Below, in pieces: positions 9,979 to 19,387 of a DNA stretch of 55,981 nucleotides. The DNA is from an uncultured Candidatus Saccharibacteria bacterium (GTDB lineage: Bacteria > Patescibacteriota > Saccharimonadia > Saccharimonadales > Saccharimonadaceae), in NCBI GenBank assembly GCA_947304075.1, contig CAMYZY010000001.1:1-55981 (forward strand), in the 5' to 3' direction. The notes under the pieces are model-generated. The model was given only the letters and a program-made list of their open reading frames with translations. It was not told where the DNA came from and searched no databases. Both the position numbers and the translations under genes were made by a program. The stretch's first letter is position 1, and each line of letters opens with the position of its first letter.

Positions 9979-10071
9979 ATAAGCTAACTAACTGCGAGTT
10001 CGCTTACAACATAAAAATCAAGTTGAGAGCTTATCTATGTCAAAAAATCCCCACCGTTGGGGGATTTTTTG
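9979..10071 (+). ncRNA. Candidate small RNA (~90 nt), family unknown
   Basis: Follows the + strand promoter; closing stem ATAAGCT(9979-9985)/AGCTTAT(10028-10034); terminator hairpin 10041-10071; no credible ORF. Confidence 0.45.
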
Positions 10072-10077
10072 TAAAAC

Positions 10078-10104
10078 AAAAAACCGCCACTTTTCCGTGG
10101 CGGT
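10078..10104 (-). terminator. Intrinsic terminator of khpA
   Basis: ACCGCCAC/GTGGCGGT stem followed by a T-run on the minus strand. Confidence 0.75.
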
Positions 10105-10119
10105 CTTTAATAAGAGTCG

Positions 10120-10560
10120 CTAGATATCTAAATCATCCAAATCCGCTAGCTCAGCACGAGTTTTTTCGGCTAATTCCGATGTCTCTTCTTCGGTCTCTTC
10201 TTCTAGATCATCGTCTTCTTCGACATCGTTTGTCTCAGGCTCATCTACTTCTTCTCTAATTTCTTCCTTTCGCTCAACGGCCTTTTCTCTGGGTTTCCTT
10301 TCTTCACCATCTTCATCAGTATTTACAATCTTCAAATTATAGCGAGCATCCTGCTTAGTGCCAAGCGCCCGAAGCAGCACTCTAATTGCTTGGGCCGTTA
10401 CGCCGCGCTTACCAATTACTCTACCCACGTCGGATGGATCAACTGTAAGTGACAAAAGCACACCCTTCTCATCGATCTTACGTTCTACTGCTACCTTTTC
10501 AGGATTATTGACTAAGGTTTTTACGATATATTCTACAAATTGCTGATCAATAGTAGCCAT
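10120..10560 (-). CDS. khpA: KH-domain RNA-binding protein KhpA with acidic tail
   Basis: VEYIVKTLV..PE, DVGRVIGKRG (GxxG loop); directly downstream of rpsP; GGAG SD before the ATG at 10560. Confidence 0.9.
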   Translation of the reverse strand: MATIDQQFVEYIVKTLVNNPEKVAVERKIDEKGVLLSLTVDPSDVGRVIGKRGVTAQAIRVLLRALGTKQDARYNLKIVNTDEDGEERKPREKAVERKEEIREEVDEPETNDVEEDDDLEEETEEETSELAEKTRAELADLDDLDI

Positions 10561-10592
10561 ATGGTTCTCCATTTAAAGTTTTATATATAAAC

Positions 10593-10630
10593 ATTATAGC
10601 ACAAAAATAGTCCCCGCGGGGACCATTTTT
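10593..10630 (-). terminator. rpsP terminator fused to an extended -10 promoter (TGCTATAAT) for khpA
   Basis: Minus strand reads AAAAATGGTCCCCGCGGGGACTATTTTTGTGCTATAAT. Confidence 0.7.
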
Positions 10631-11009
10631 ATGCTTCTGCTTCTTCAGCTGGTTTTTCTTCAGCCTGAACTTCCGGCTCTGGAGCCGGAGCTTCTTTTGG
10701 CTGATTTTTACGCAATTTATCAGCGTGTTTTGCAGAAACCTTCTTAGCGGTAGCTTCTTTGTACCACTTTGGTAACTTGACGCCGTTTTTCTTCAAGATA
10801 AAAGCTACTCTCGAAGATGGTTGCGCGCCATTGTCTAAATATTTCTTCACCGCTTCTTTATCCAAAGTGAGAGCCTTGGTTGCGGGATTGTAATTGCCGA
10901 CCAAAGCCACAATACGTCCCGAAAGCGGATGACGCTGTGATTCTTGGACGACTATCCGGTACGTTGGATAATGTGACCGGCCATTACGTTGCATGCGAAT
11001 CGCTAGCAT
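10629..11009 (-). CDS. rpsP: 30S ribosomal protein S16
   Basis: MLAIRMQRNGR..PTYRIVV, G.YNP, L.NGAQPS. Confidence 0.96.
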   Translation of the reverse strand: MLAIRMQRNGRSHYPTYRIVVQESQRHPLSGRIVALVGNYNPATKALTLDKEAVKKYLDNGAQPSSRVAFILKKNGVKLPKWYKEATAKKVSAKHADKLRKNQPKEAPAPEPEVQAEEKPAEEAEA

Positions 11010-11062
11010 ATTTCTCCTTAAAAATTATTTAATTTCTATATTTTAGCTTATTTTTGATAAAA

Positions 11063-11097
11063 AATCAACCCCTGAGAAAATCTCAGGGGTTTTGATT
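11063..11097 (-). terminator. Intrinsic terminator
   Basis: AACCCCTGAGA/TCTCAGGGGTT stem plus T-run. Confidence 0.75.
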
Positions 11098-11638
11098 ACT
11101 TAACCGCCTTCTTCAGGCGTTTTTGTAATCTTTGCTGGAATTTCGCCTCCATTTCTGTCGGCGAAAGCGTCTTCTTGTTCTTAAGACAAGTCTGGAGATA
11201 CCCTTTATAGGCACTCCGTCTGTCTTCGGATACGGTCATTTGATTAAGCCAATAGTTCTCGGCCGGCATCTCATAACCAAACTTAGCCGCATGAAGACCC
11301 AAAATAGCATAAGACCTTCTAGCCTTCACCAGCCATTCATTCAACTGATCCTGATAATATCTCAGGTCATGATTGTAGGCGGAAGCTACAGCCTTGGCCT
11401 TATTTACATTGGCCTTCACAAACTTCTTCATATTAAAGAAGTATGAGACATGGCCACAGGCATCAATTAATGCCTTAAATTCAGCCAAGTACTCCAAAAT
11501 CGGCATAGGCGGCTTGTCATCCTTAAACGGCATTCCACCTTCGCCATCATTATGGCAGTCAAAAATCAATTCGTCTGCCCATGTCCTGGCGTCGTCATTT
11601 TCTTCGACAGCGAAAGCTTTTTTTTCGTCTTCTACCAT
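11096..11638 (-). CDS. Hypothetical protein (180 aa, acidic N-terminus, basic C-terminus)
   Basis: ORF with AAGGGGG SD and its own terminator; no recognisable motif. Confidence 0.75.
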   Translation of the reverse strand: MVEDEKKAFAVEENDDARTWADELIFDCHNDGEGGMPFKDDKPPMPILEYLAEFKALIDACGHVSYFFNMKKFVKANVNKAKAVASAYNHDLRYYQDQLNEWLVKARRSYAILGLHAAKFGYEMPAENYWLNQMTVSEDRRSAYKGYLQTCLKNKKTLSPTEMEAKFQQRLQKRLKKAVK

Positions 11639-11652
11639 TTAGTCCCCCTTTC

Positions 11653-11784
11653 TCAGTCATCGCTAAACGGCAACGACTGAACACCAAAGATGTTTATGTA
11701 CTCATCGTACGTAAAAAGATCTACATTGTTATTCTCGTCCAAAACGAGAATACCAGCTCCATAATCTATTACGACTCTTTGCAA
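11653..11784 (-). CDS. Unannotated small acidic protein, 43 aa (MQRVVIDYGAGILVLDENNNVDLFTYDEYINIFGVQSLPFSDD)
   Basis: TTG start preceded by AAGGGGGT SD; lies between a consensus promoter and the 180-aa ORF; below the ORF-track cutoff. Confidence 0.6.
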   Translation of the reverse strand: MQRVVIDYGAGILVLDENNNVDLFTYDEYINIFGVQSLPFSDD

Positions 11785-11843
11785 AACGGTATACCCCCTT
11801 TTCCAGCAATTATTAAAGAGCCTAGCAAACGCTACATAAGCCC

Positions 11844-11872
11844 ATTATACCATAAAAACAATAAAAAGTCAA
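11844..11872 (-). promoter_or_regulatory. Near-consensus sigma70 promoter
   Basis: TTGACT-N17-TATAAT with TG extension. Confidence 0.75.
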
Positions 11873-11888
11873 TAAAAACAGATATAAA

Positions 11889-12596
11889 CTACTTGTCTTT
11901 AACCAGTGCGCGGTACTTTTTTACCCCTTCTCTTGCCGCTGCCGTTTGAGCTTCCTGTTTCGAATGCCCCGTACCTGTACCCTTTAACTCATCACCCACA
12001 TAAAGCCCCACTGTAAAAGTCTTGTCATGATCCGGCCCATCTTCTTTCAAAGTACGATACACCGGTGTCATACCATCCACCTTTTGTGCCAATTCCTGCA
12101 CATAGGACTTCGGGTCACGCCACGTGCCTTCTTCCAAAATAGCATCAATTTTAACCAAAATATGCTTATAAATAAAATCTTTCGCCGCTTCATACCCCTG
12201 GTCAAGATAAATCGCCCCAATCACCGCTTCAAAACAATCCGCTAGTATTACATCATGCGCACGCATCGAGCCATGCTTTTCTCCCTTAGAAAGTCTCACT
12301 AAAGGTTCATATCCCAGTTCCTTCCCAGCATCGCCAATCGATTCGGTTCTAACCAGGGCCGCCCTTAACGCTGTCATCACCCCTTCGGGATATTCATAAT
12401 TTCTATACAAAAAATCCGAAGACACTAGCTCTAGGACCGCATCGCCCAAAAATTCCAATCTTTCGTTGTGTTCATGCGCCGACTTATGTTCATTAACATA
12501 ACTCCGGTGCGTAAGCGCAACCACGAGTAAATTTATATCTTTAAACTCAAAGCCTAGTTTTTCCTTGGCAAATTCTTGATACTTAGCCGTATCCAT
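11889..12596 (-). CDS. rnc: Ribonuclease III
   Basis: ALTHRSY, HNERLEFLGDAVL, dsRBD (DPKS..QE, G.G.SKQEA). Confidence 0.97.
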   Translation of the reverse strand: MDTAKYQEFAKEKLGFEFKDINLLVVALTHRSYVNEHKSAHEHNERLEFLGDAVLELVSSDFLYRNYEYPEGVMTALRAALVRTESIGDAGKELGYEPLVRLSKGEKHGSMRAHDVILADCFEAVIGAIYLDQGYEAAKDFIYKHILVKIDAILEEGTWRDPKSYVQELAQKVDGMTPVYRTLKEDGPDHDKTFTVGLYVGDELKGTGTGHSKQEAQTAAAREGVKKYRALVKDK

Positions 12597-12618
12597 AATC
12601 CTCCTTTTTCAAAAATAT

Positions 12619-13197
12619 CTAATATTCACCCGCCCGCACCTTTTTCTTGGCGATTAGCATCAGTTTTTCGATGTCTTCATATTCAATCGCCTCCAGGGCG
12701 TCGGTAAACGAAAACCATTTAATCCCCTTCATCCACTTTTCTGGGGTAGGCATTTCATGATTATCTAAAGCCTGAACCAAATAGATTTGTGTCGTCATCA
12801 AAACCAGCTTGTCTAGCCTGCGATATTTAAAATGAATCTTACCCAGCCAAGCCAAAACCGAAATATTAGACAGCCCAGTTTCTTCTTCAATTTCTCTTCT
12901 TGCCGTCATTTTAGCTGTTTCACCCGGCTCAATATGCCCCTTTGGAATTGTCCAACGTTCTTTTGAATCTTGAATCAAAAGAATTTCAATATCCTTCTTG
13001 TCTTTGGTGAATCTAAAAACAATCCCACCAGAAGTCGGCTCACGTACAATCGACTGAATTGCCGCCTTCTTTCTAAAAACAGCTGATTTAATTTTATCAA
13101 GGGCAGACTCTTTGATTCGCTCCTCTGGCAACGCCTCAGGAACTTTAAGCCTTCTCCTTGCCGTCGGCTCCATCGACGGAATTACTCTTTGCTCCAT
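12619..13197 (-). CDS. NUDIX hydrolase (Ap4A hydrolase-like)
   Basis: Nudix box GHIEPGETAKMTARREIEEETGL, preceded by WTIPKG. Confidence 0.9.
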   Translation of the reverse strand: MEQRVIPSMEPTARRRLKVPEALPEERIKESALDKIKSAVFRKKAAIQSIVREPTSGGIVFRFTKDKKDIEILLIQDSKERWTIPKGHIEPGETAKMTARREIEEETGLSNISVLAWLGKIHFKYRRLDKLVLMTTQIYLVQALDNHEMPTPEKWMKGIKWFSFTDALEAIEYEDIEKLMLIAKKKVRAGEY

Positions 13198-13639
13198 CTT
13201 TTTCTTCAGTTAAGCCAAGCTTCTTGTAGGCAGTGCCTAGCACTCCATTGATAAATTTAGAAGAGTTTTCACTACCAAAAGCCTTGGCAAGCTCTACAGC
13301 TTCATTAATTGCAACTTTCGGTGGAATCGTATCCCTACACTCCGAAAGTTCATATAGCCCCATCCTAAGGACATTTCTATCAATTGCCGCAATCGAACTG
13401 ATTGGCCACTCTGGTGCCATCGGTTGCAACGCCTTGTCTAGTGTTTCGAAATTCTCTGACACATGATGCGCCAAATTATAAACAAATTCAGTATCACCAA
13501 GCGCTTTTTCATAAGGTTCGATGTTTTTTGCAACGATAATGTCCAAATCGACGTCCGGGTCATTAGCGAGAGTTCTTAGTTCATATTCATACAAACTCTG
13601 TAGAACAATTACTCTACCTAAATGTCGATTACTTGCCAT
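13145..13639 (-). CDS. nusB: Transcription antitermination factor NusB
   Basis: IDRNVLRMG.YE, P.KVAINEAVELAKAFG, FINGVLG. Confidence 0.96.
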   Translation of the reverse strand: MASNRHLGRVIVLQSLYEYELRTLANDPDVDLDIIVAKNIEPYEKALGDTEFVYNLAHHVSENFETLDKALQPMAPEWPISSIAAIDRNVLRMGLYELSECRDTIPPKVAINEAVELAKAFGSENSSKFINGVLGTAYKKLGLTEEKDGAKSNSVDGADGKEKA

Positions 13640-13643
13640 ATTT

Positions 13644-13817
13644 TTAATTTTCTTTCCCTTTTTTAACAGTTTTAACTTTTAGATTTGGTGTCTTCTTCTT
13701 AGTCTCGAAAGCTTTTACCGGAGAAGTTTTATTGACTCTCCGAGCTAGTGCAAGCCTAAGATGACTCCTGCGAAGCCCAGTCTTACGTGGACTACTTTGT
13801 TTCTTAGGTTCAGGCAT
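13644..13817 (-). CDS. rpmF: 50S ribosomal protein bL32, Cys-free type (57 aa)
   Basis: Manual translation MPEPKKQSSPRKTGLRRSHLRL...; AAGGAG SD; rpmF-nusB-rnc context. Confidence 0.8.
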   Translation of the reverse strand: MPEPKKQSSPRKTGLRRSHLRLALARRVNKTSPVKAFETKKKTPNLKVKTVKKGKEN

Positions 13818-13858
13818 TTTACTCCTTAATTTAATAGATAATTTTATTTATTTTATCA

Positions 13859-14065
13859 CTATTTTTCCAATTTCGCAAGGGCTCTTTTAATCGCAGGCCT
13901 ATCAAAACCCACAATTTTTTCATCACCAATTATCGTCACTGGTACAGCAGCGATATCCGGCTCTTTAGTAGCATCCTTCTCGACATACTCTATTCCCTTG
14001 GAATCCAACCAATCCATCAGAGCATGGCAATAAGCGCAAGTTGGAGTTGTATATATTTCGATCAT
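13859..14065 (-). CDS. Glutaredoxin / NrdH-like protein
   Basis: IYTTPTCAYC, VPV..IG...VGFD. Confidence 0.9.
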   Translation of the reverse strand: MIEIYTTPTCAYCHALMDWLDSKGIEYVEKDATKEPDIAAVPVTIIGDEKIVGFDRPAIKRALAKLEK

Positions 14066-14568
14066 AAATTCATTATAGCATAAATTGCTATGCCAGTTGC
14101 TACCGAAACGTTAAAAGATTCTTTTTTGCCATTCATTGGTATCTCTAAAAACAGGTCAATTATATCATGGAGTGAATAATCTATACCATGGACTTCTTCA
14201 CCAAGCACCAAAACTAACTTATCTTTTATTGATGTTTTTGCTTCCGGAGTGCCTAATTTTACCAATTTATTTGAATCAATATTGTTTTCCAAGCCCGCAA
14301 TTTGCCACCCCTGATTTTTCAAACTAATTAACGTATTTTTTATATCATCAGATGCATAAATCTCTAGCATATTCTCGGCTCCAAGCGCAGTTTTGTGTAT
14401 CTCTTTATCTAGTTTTTCTCTTAGATGCGGCAATAAGTTTTGGTCGTGCACTCTTGGCGTATAACCAGACAGGTACACTTTTTTTACACCAAAACCTTCT
14501 GCGGTTCTAAGAATCGCCCCCACATTATAACAAGACCTGATATTATCTAAAACTAGAATTAAATTCAT
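14062..14568 (-). CDS. TrmH/SpoU family RNA methyltransferase
   Basis: LDNIRS.YNVGAILRT, LGEEVHG, IPM.G..ESFNVSVA. Confidence 0.92.
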   Translation of the reverse strand: MNLILVLDNIRSCYNVGAILRTAEGFGVKKVYLSGYTPRVHDQNLLPHLREKLDKEIHKTALGAENMLEIYASDDIKNTLISLKNQGWQIAGLENNIDSNKLVKLGTPEAKTSIKDKLVLVLGEEVHGIDYSLHDIIDLFLEIPMNGKKESFNVSVATGIAIYAIMNL

Positions 14569-16862
14569 TAAACCACTATATTTACAAGTTTAGCTTTTTT
14601 CACAAAAATCGTCTTTTTGATGCCACCCTTGGTATACTCGGCAATTTTCTCATTGGATTTTACTAAATCAATAATCTTAGATTCATCATCAAGGTCATTC
14701 ACATCGACACTAATCTTGGCACGCAATTTACCATTAACCTGAACCACTAATTCCACCGTATCCGTCACAAGATATTTTTCATCCCATTTCGGCCATTCAT
14801 CATCAGCACCATACTTCTCTAATATCTCCGAAGCAAGATGCGGCGCAAATGGTTTTAACAATTTAGCGAGCGTCACCAAATCCCCCGTCGCAGCACCTTC
14901 TTTATACAGTTCATTAACATATTCCATCAAAGCAGCCACCGCCGTATTAAAATTGCATTTATAAATATCTTCGGTTACTTTTTTAATCGTCTTATTGCGA
15001 ATAACAGCATTTTTGTTATCCGAAGATTCATTTTTATTATCAAAACACAAATTATAGCATCGATTCAAAAATCTATACACACCACCCACCGAACGTGGAT
15101 CCCAAGCCGCATCTAACTCAACCGGGCCGATAAACATTTCATAAACCCTAAGAGTATCTGCGCCATACCCATCATTTATCACATCAAGTGGATCAATCAC
15201 ATTGCCCTTTGACTTCGACATCTTCTTGCCATCTGGGGCATTAATATAGCCATGATAAATCAACTTCTTTATTGGCTCTCTAAAAGGCAAATAACCTAGA
15301 TCTGCAAAAAACTTACACCAAAATCGAACGTAAAGTAAGTGCGCCACAGCGTGATCCGCCCCTACATAAATATCGGTTGGAGCCCAATAAGCAATCGCTT
15401 CTTTATCCCAAGCCTGCTTCTTATCGTGCGGAGAAACATATCGCCACAAATACCACGAAGAACAGGCATATCCATCCAAAGTATCAGTTTCTCTAGTCAT
15501 TTCTTCTAAATGCGTTTTACCAGTCTTTGGATCTTTCACCGGAATCTTTACTTTTAGCCAATCTTTAGCCTTAGCTAGCGCCGAGCGACCAGATTCATCC
15601 GGTTTATAATCTTGTATTTCCGGCAAAATCACCGGCAATTCATCTTCAGGAATTGCGTGTGGATTACCTTCCTTGTCATACGCAATCGGAATCGGGCAAC
15701 CCCAGTATCTTTGACGAGAAATCAGCCAATCCCGCATTCGATAAGTCGTTTTTGGCGTCCCAAACGCATCAAAATCCACTAATTCTGTCTCAACGATCGG
15801 TAAATCAAATTTCTCTGCAAATTCCTTATCTCTCTCGTCGTTATATGGCACAGCCATAATTGCCCCAGTCCCATAACCAGACAAAACATAATCAGCTACC
15901 CAAATCGGAATCTTTTCCTTCGTCGCCGGGTTGATTGCATAAGCCCCCGTAAACACACCCGTCTTTTCCTTGTTTTCTTGCCTTTCTATCTCAGACTTCT
16001 TCAAAGCTTCAGCTTTATACTTCTCGACGGCTTCCTTCGCATCATCCGACACAAAATATTGTAAATCTGGATATTCCGGCGCCACCACCAGAAAAGTCGC
16101 ACCCTTAATTGTATCTGGTCTCGTTGTAAAAACAGTAATACTGTGCGCATCATTTACCACCTTAAAATCAATCTCTGCTCCAACACTTCGCCCAATCCAA
16201 TTCTTTTGCATGGTCTTGATCTTCTCTGGCCAATCCAATGCATCAATTTCATCAAGCAATTCATCGGCATACTCTGTAATCTTAAAGAACCATTGCTTCA
16301 TCTTTTTCTTTTCGACTTCATGGCCGCAGCGCCAACAATGTCCATTCTCAACCTGTTCATTAGCCAGCACAGTCTGATCCACCGGGCACCACCACTGATA
16401 AGACTCTTTTTGATAAGCTAAACCCTTTTTAAATAACTGCAAAAAACACCACTGTGTCCACTTATAATATTCTGGATCAGATGTATTAATCTCTCGGTTC
16501 CAATCAATTGCATAACCCAGTCTTTTTGCCTGTTTCCTAAAATTATCCGTGTTGGCCTTCGTCACTTCTTGTGGCGCCGTACCAGTTTTAATCGCATAAT
16601 TTTCCGCTGGCAAACCAAAGGTATCATAACCAAATGGTCGCATCACATTTAATCTCTGCTGTTCATAAAATCGCGTCAAAACGTCGACAATTGTAAAATT
16701 ACGTACATGCCCCACATGCAAGCCCGCTCCCGATGGATAAGGAAACATTTCCGCAATATACATCTTTGGCACACCAGGCTTCACTTCAGCCCTATAAGGC
16801 TTTTCTTCTTCCCATTTTTTTTGCCATTTTTTTTCAATTTCTAAAGGGTTAAATCTTTTCAT
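14568..16862 (-). CDS. leuS: Leucine--tRNA ligase
   Basis: MFPYPSGAGLHVGH, FTTRPDT, DWLISRQRYWG, KMSKS. Confidence 0.98.
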   Translation of the reverse strand: MKRFNPLEIEKKWQKKWEEEKPYRAEVKPGVPKMYIAEMFPYPSGAGLHVGHVRNFTIVDVLTRFYEQQRLNVMRPFGYDTFGLPAENYAIKTGTAPQEVTKANTDNFRKQAKRLGYAIDWNREINTSDPEYYKWTQWCFLQLFKKGLAYQKESYQWWCPVDQTVLANEQVENGHCWRCGHEVEKKKMKQWFFKITEYADELLDEIDALDWPEKIKTMQKNWIGRSVGAEIDFKVVNDAHSITVFTTRPDTIKGATFLVVAPEYPDLQYFVSDDAKEAVEKYKAEALKKSEIERQENKEKTGVFTGAYAINPATKEKIPIWVADYVLSGYGTGAIMAVPYNDERDKEFAEKFDLPIVETELVDFDAFGTPKTTYRMRDWLISRQRYWGCPIPIAYDKEGNPHAIPEDELPVILPEIQDYKPDESGRSALAKAKDWLKVKIPVKDPKTGKTHLEEMTRETDTLDGYACSSWYLWRYVSPHDKKQAWDKEAIAYWAPTDIYVGADHAVAHLLYVRFWCKFFADLGYLPFREPIKKLIYHGYINAPDGKKMSKSKGNVIDPLDVINDGYGADTLRVYEMFIGPVELDAAWDPRSVGGVYRFLNRCYNLCFDNKNESSDNKNAVIRNKTIKKVTEDIYKCNFNTAVAALMEYVNELYKEGAATGDLVTLAKLLKPFAPHLASEILEKYGADDEWPKWDEKYLVTDTVELVVQVNGKLRAKISVDVNDLDDESKIIDLVKSNEKIAEYTKGGIKKTIFVKKAKLVNIVV

Positions 16863-16914
16863 AAGCCAAATTATACCATAATTACAGGATTAATAAAATT
16901 GCTCACCCTAAAAA

Positions 16915-18162
16915 CTATTTTTTAGAACTAATTACGTGATTATAAATATTAATAAATGAATCCAGCGTCTTTTCAAAATCATGCTCACCGGCAATCTCTA
17001 ACGATTTTTTGCTAAATTCCTTTCGCATTTTCTCATCTGAGACAATCTTAATCATCGCATTCCCAATTTCATCAATATTGCCAGGTTCACACAAATAACC
17101 ATTTTCACTGTCTCGGCAAACTTCACTCACAGCACCTTTGTCCACCGCAATTAGTGGCAAACCCGTCGCCGCTGCTTCAATCAAAACTATCCCTTGCGTT
17201 TCAATCTCCGATGCTGTTACAAACACATCAGCCATTTTATATAGTTCATACAAATCCGGTGATATTACTCTACCAAGTAATTTCACAGAGTCGCCAAGAT
17301 TATTATCCCTAACTAATTGCTCCAACCTGGCTTTATCTACTCCATCCCCCACCATAATTAGCTCTGTTTTCGGCAATTTACTCCGCGCTTTGTTAAAGGC
17401 TTCAATCACCAGTCCCACCTTCTTTTCCGGATCAATTCTACCTACATATAGCATAATCGTTTTATCCTGTGGAATATTGTAACGTTCATATATTTCTTTA
17501 CTGGCTTTTCCAGGTTTAAAATTCGTTAAATCCACCCCATTCGACACCGCAGCCACTGGAACATTTATAGAATGCCCAGACAGTAGATGATCAATCGCCT
17601 GTTTCGTCGGCATTGTCACGAAATCACTCTTACTCTGCCGATTTCTAAAATACGAAGAAAGCAGCGCATCAATCGGCTTTTTCATAGCACTAGGTAGTTT
17701 CATCGACCCAGTCAAAACTTCTGGCTGATTATGCTCAGTTGTCACCACTGGTATATTGTGTTTTCTCGCATAAAACACCACCGACAGCCCAATCGGATCC
17801 GAAACCTGCACATGCACTACATCTGGTTTAAATTCATTCAGCACCTTACTAATCTCAGCATATGGAAAAACCGAAACTCTAAATCCATGTTTATAAAACA
17901 ATCTCGGCATTTTAACGCCCAGAAATTTTTTCTTTTCCGGCAAGGGATGTATCTGATCATGATATATTTTTGCCTGTACTGACTTTAAATATACCGTTTT
18001 TACACCATCAATACTCTCTGCGTAGTTTTTACCAGTCTGCGAAGGGCAAATCACCATCACTTCGTGCCCCCGTTTTAATAGACCAAGCGCCAAATTATGC
18101 GAAAACACCGCTACCCCGTTTATTTGTGGATAGTATACAGCAGTTGCAATAACAATTTTCAT
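16915..18162 (-). CDS. GT4 glycosyltransferase (diacylglycerol glucosyltransferase-like)
   Basis: YYPQINGVA, NGVD, YVGRIDPEK, ETQGIVLIEA; start MKIV at 18162. Confidence 0.85.
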   Translation of the reverse strand: MKIVIATAVYYPQINGVAVFSHNLALGLLKRGHEVMVICPSQTGKNYAESIDGVKTVYLKSVQAKIYHDQIHPLPEKKKFLGVKMPRLFYKHGFRVSVFPYAEISKVLNEFKPDVVHVQVSDPIGLSVVFYARKHNIPVVTTEHNQPEVLTGSMKLPSAMKKPIDALLSSYFRNRQSKSDFVTMPTKQAIDHLLSGHSINVPVAAVSNGVDLTNFKPGKASKEIYERYNIPQDKTIMLYVGRIDPEKKVGLVIEAFNKARSKLPKTELIMVGDGVDKARLEQLVRDNNLGDSVKLLGRVISPDLYELYKMADVFVTASEIETQGIVLIEAAATGLPLIAVDKGAVSEVCRDSENGYLCEPGNIDEIGNAMIKIVSDEKMRKEFSKKSLEIAGEHDFEKTLDSFINIYNHVISSKK

Positions 18163-18163
18163 T

Positions 18164-19360
18164 TTATAATTCTTTGGCCTTTTGAAGTTGCGGATCGCGC
18201 ATAGCATTTATGTCTTCATATGTGCGCCCGACTTCGTAATCAGGCTTTATCCCTTCAAGATTAATCGAACGACCTTCCGGAGTCAACCATTCAGCAGTAG
18301 TCACTTTAAGTACCGAACCTTGTGACAAATCAAATAATTGCTGTACCACACCCTTCCCATACGTAGTTTCACCTACAATTTTCGCCTTGCCATAATCTTG
18401 CAACGCCCCAGCCACAATTTCCGAAGCCGATGCCGTCGAACCATTTACGAGCACAACTGTCTTCATATCCTTTAGCACCGCTCTCCCCGTGCGAGAACTC
18501 GAATCAGAATCACCAAAATGCTTTGATTTGGTTTGTAGGACCGTCTGCCCATCTAGCCATAAACTAAGCAAATCTTGAGCCGCCGACACATAACCACCAC
18601 CATTCCCACGCAAATCTAGTATCACTTTCTTGATGCCTTTATCAGAAAATTCCTTCGCAAACCCTTGCACCATCGTGCCAGTATCATCATCAAATCTCGT
18701 CACCGTAACAATCGCCGTAGAACCATCATAATCAACATAAGCCGAGACATTATTAATCGCTTCTCTCGTCATGGTAAATGATTTTTCTTTCCCGTCTCTC
18801 ACTACCGTAATAGTCACTTCCGTGCCAGTTTCACCCCGCACTCTCTTTGATATCTCATCCGTAGACAAACTATAAACTTCTTCACCATCAACCTTATAAA
18901 TAATATCACCCGCCAGTATTCCAGCTTTACGCGCCGGATTGTCAGGCAAAGTTCTAAGGACTCTCACATATCCATCTCTTAGACCCATTTCTACACCAAT
19001 ACCACTCCCTACATTACCATGCAAATCATTATAAAAATCTTCCGCTTCTTCTGCGCCCATATACACAGTATATGTATCACCTAGTGCTTCGACCAAACCT
19101 TTCTTAGCTCCTTCAATCACTTTGCTCTGCGAAATCTCACCATTATAAGTACTAGCCAGTTTTTCGTACACTTCATTAAGCGACGACCAATTTACACCAG
19201 AATTATTTGATTTCGAAAAACCAAGATAGGGTGCAAAACCACCAAAAATGCCATCCCAATTAATACCTACCACAATACCAATTACCAGCATTACTGCCGA
19301 AATAATTATGGCATTGCCAAGGCTAGTCTTTTTTTCATTCCAATCCACTTTTTCACTCAT
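18164..19360 (-). CDS. ctpA: S41 carboxyl-terminal processing protease (PDZ)
   Basis: GIGV PDZ motif, LDLRGNGGG, TASASEIVAGAL, TYGKG. Confidence 0.93.
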   Translation of the reverse strand: MSEKVDWNEKKTSLGNAIIISAVMLVIGIVVGINWDGIFGGFAPYLGFSKSNNSGVNWSSLNEVYEKLASTYNGEISQSKVIEGAKKGLVEALGDTYTVYMGAEEAEDFYNDLHGNVGSGIGVEMGLRDGYVRVLRTLPDNPARKAGILAGDIIYKVDGEEVYSLSTDEISKRVRGETGTEVTITVVRDGKEKSFTMTREAINNVSAYVDYDGSTAIVTVTRFDDDTGTMVQGFAKEFSDKGIKKVILDLRGNGGGYVSAAQDLLSLWLDGQTVLQTKSKHFGDSDSSSRTGRAVLKDMKTVVLVNGSTASASEIVAGALQDYGKAKIVGETTYGKGVVQQLFDLSQGSVLKVTTAEWLTPEGRSINLEGIKPDYEVGRTYEDINAMRDPQLQKAKEL

Positions 19361-19387
19361 GTTTATTATTATAACACAGTTAGTAGA

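Noticed and set aside
10023..10259. 78-aa + strand ORF
   Set aside because: Runs through two terminator hairpins and antisense into khpA; no SD or motif
11581..11949. 122-aa + strand ORF
   Set aside because: Antisense to a well-signalled minus-strand cassette and to rnc
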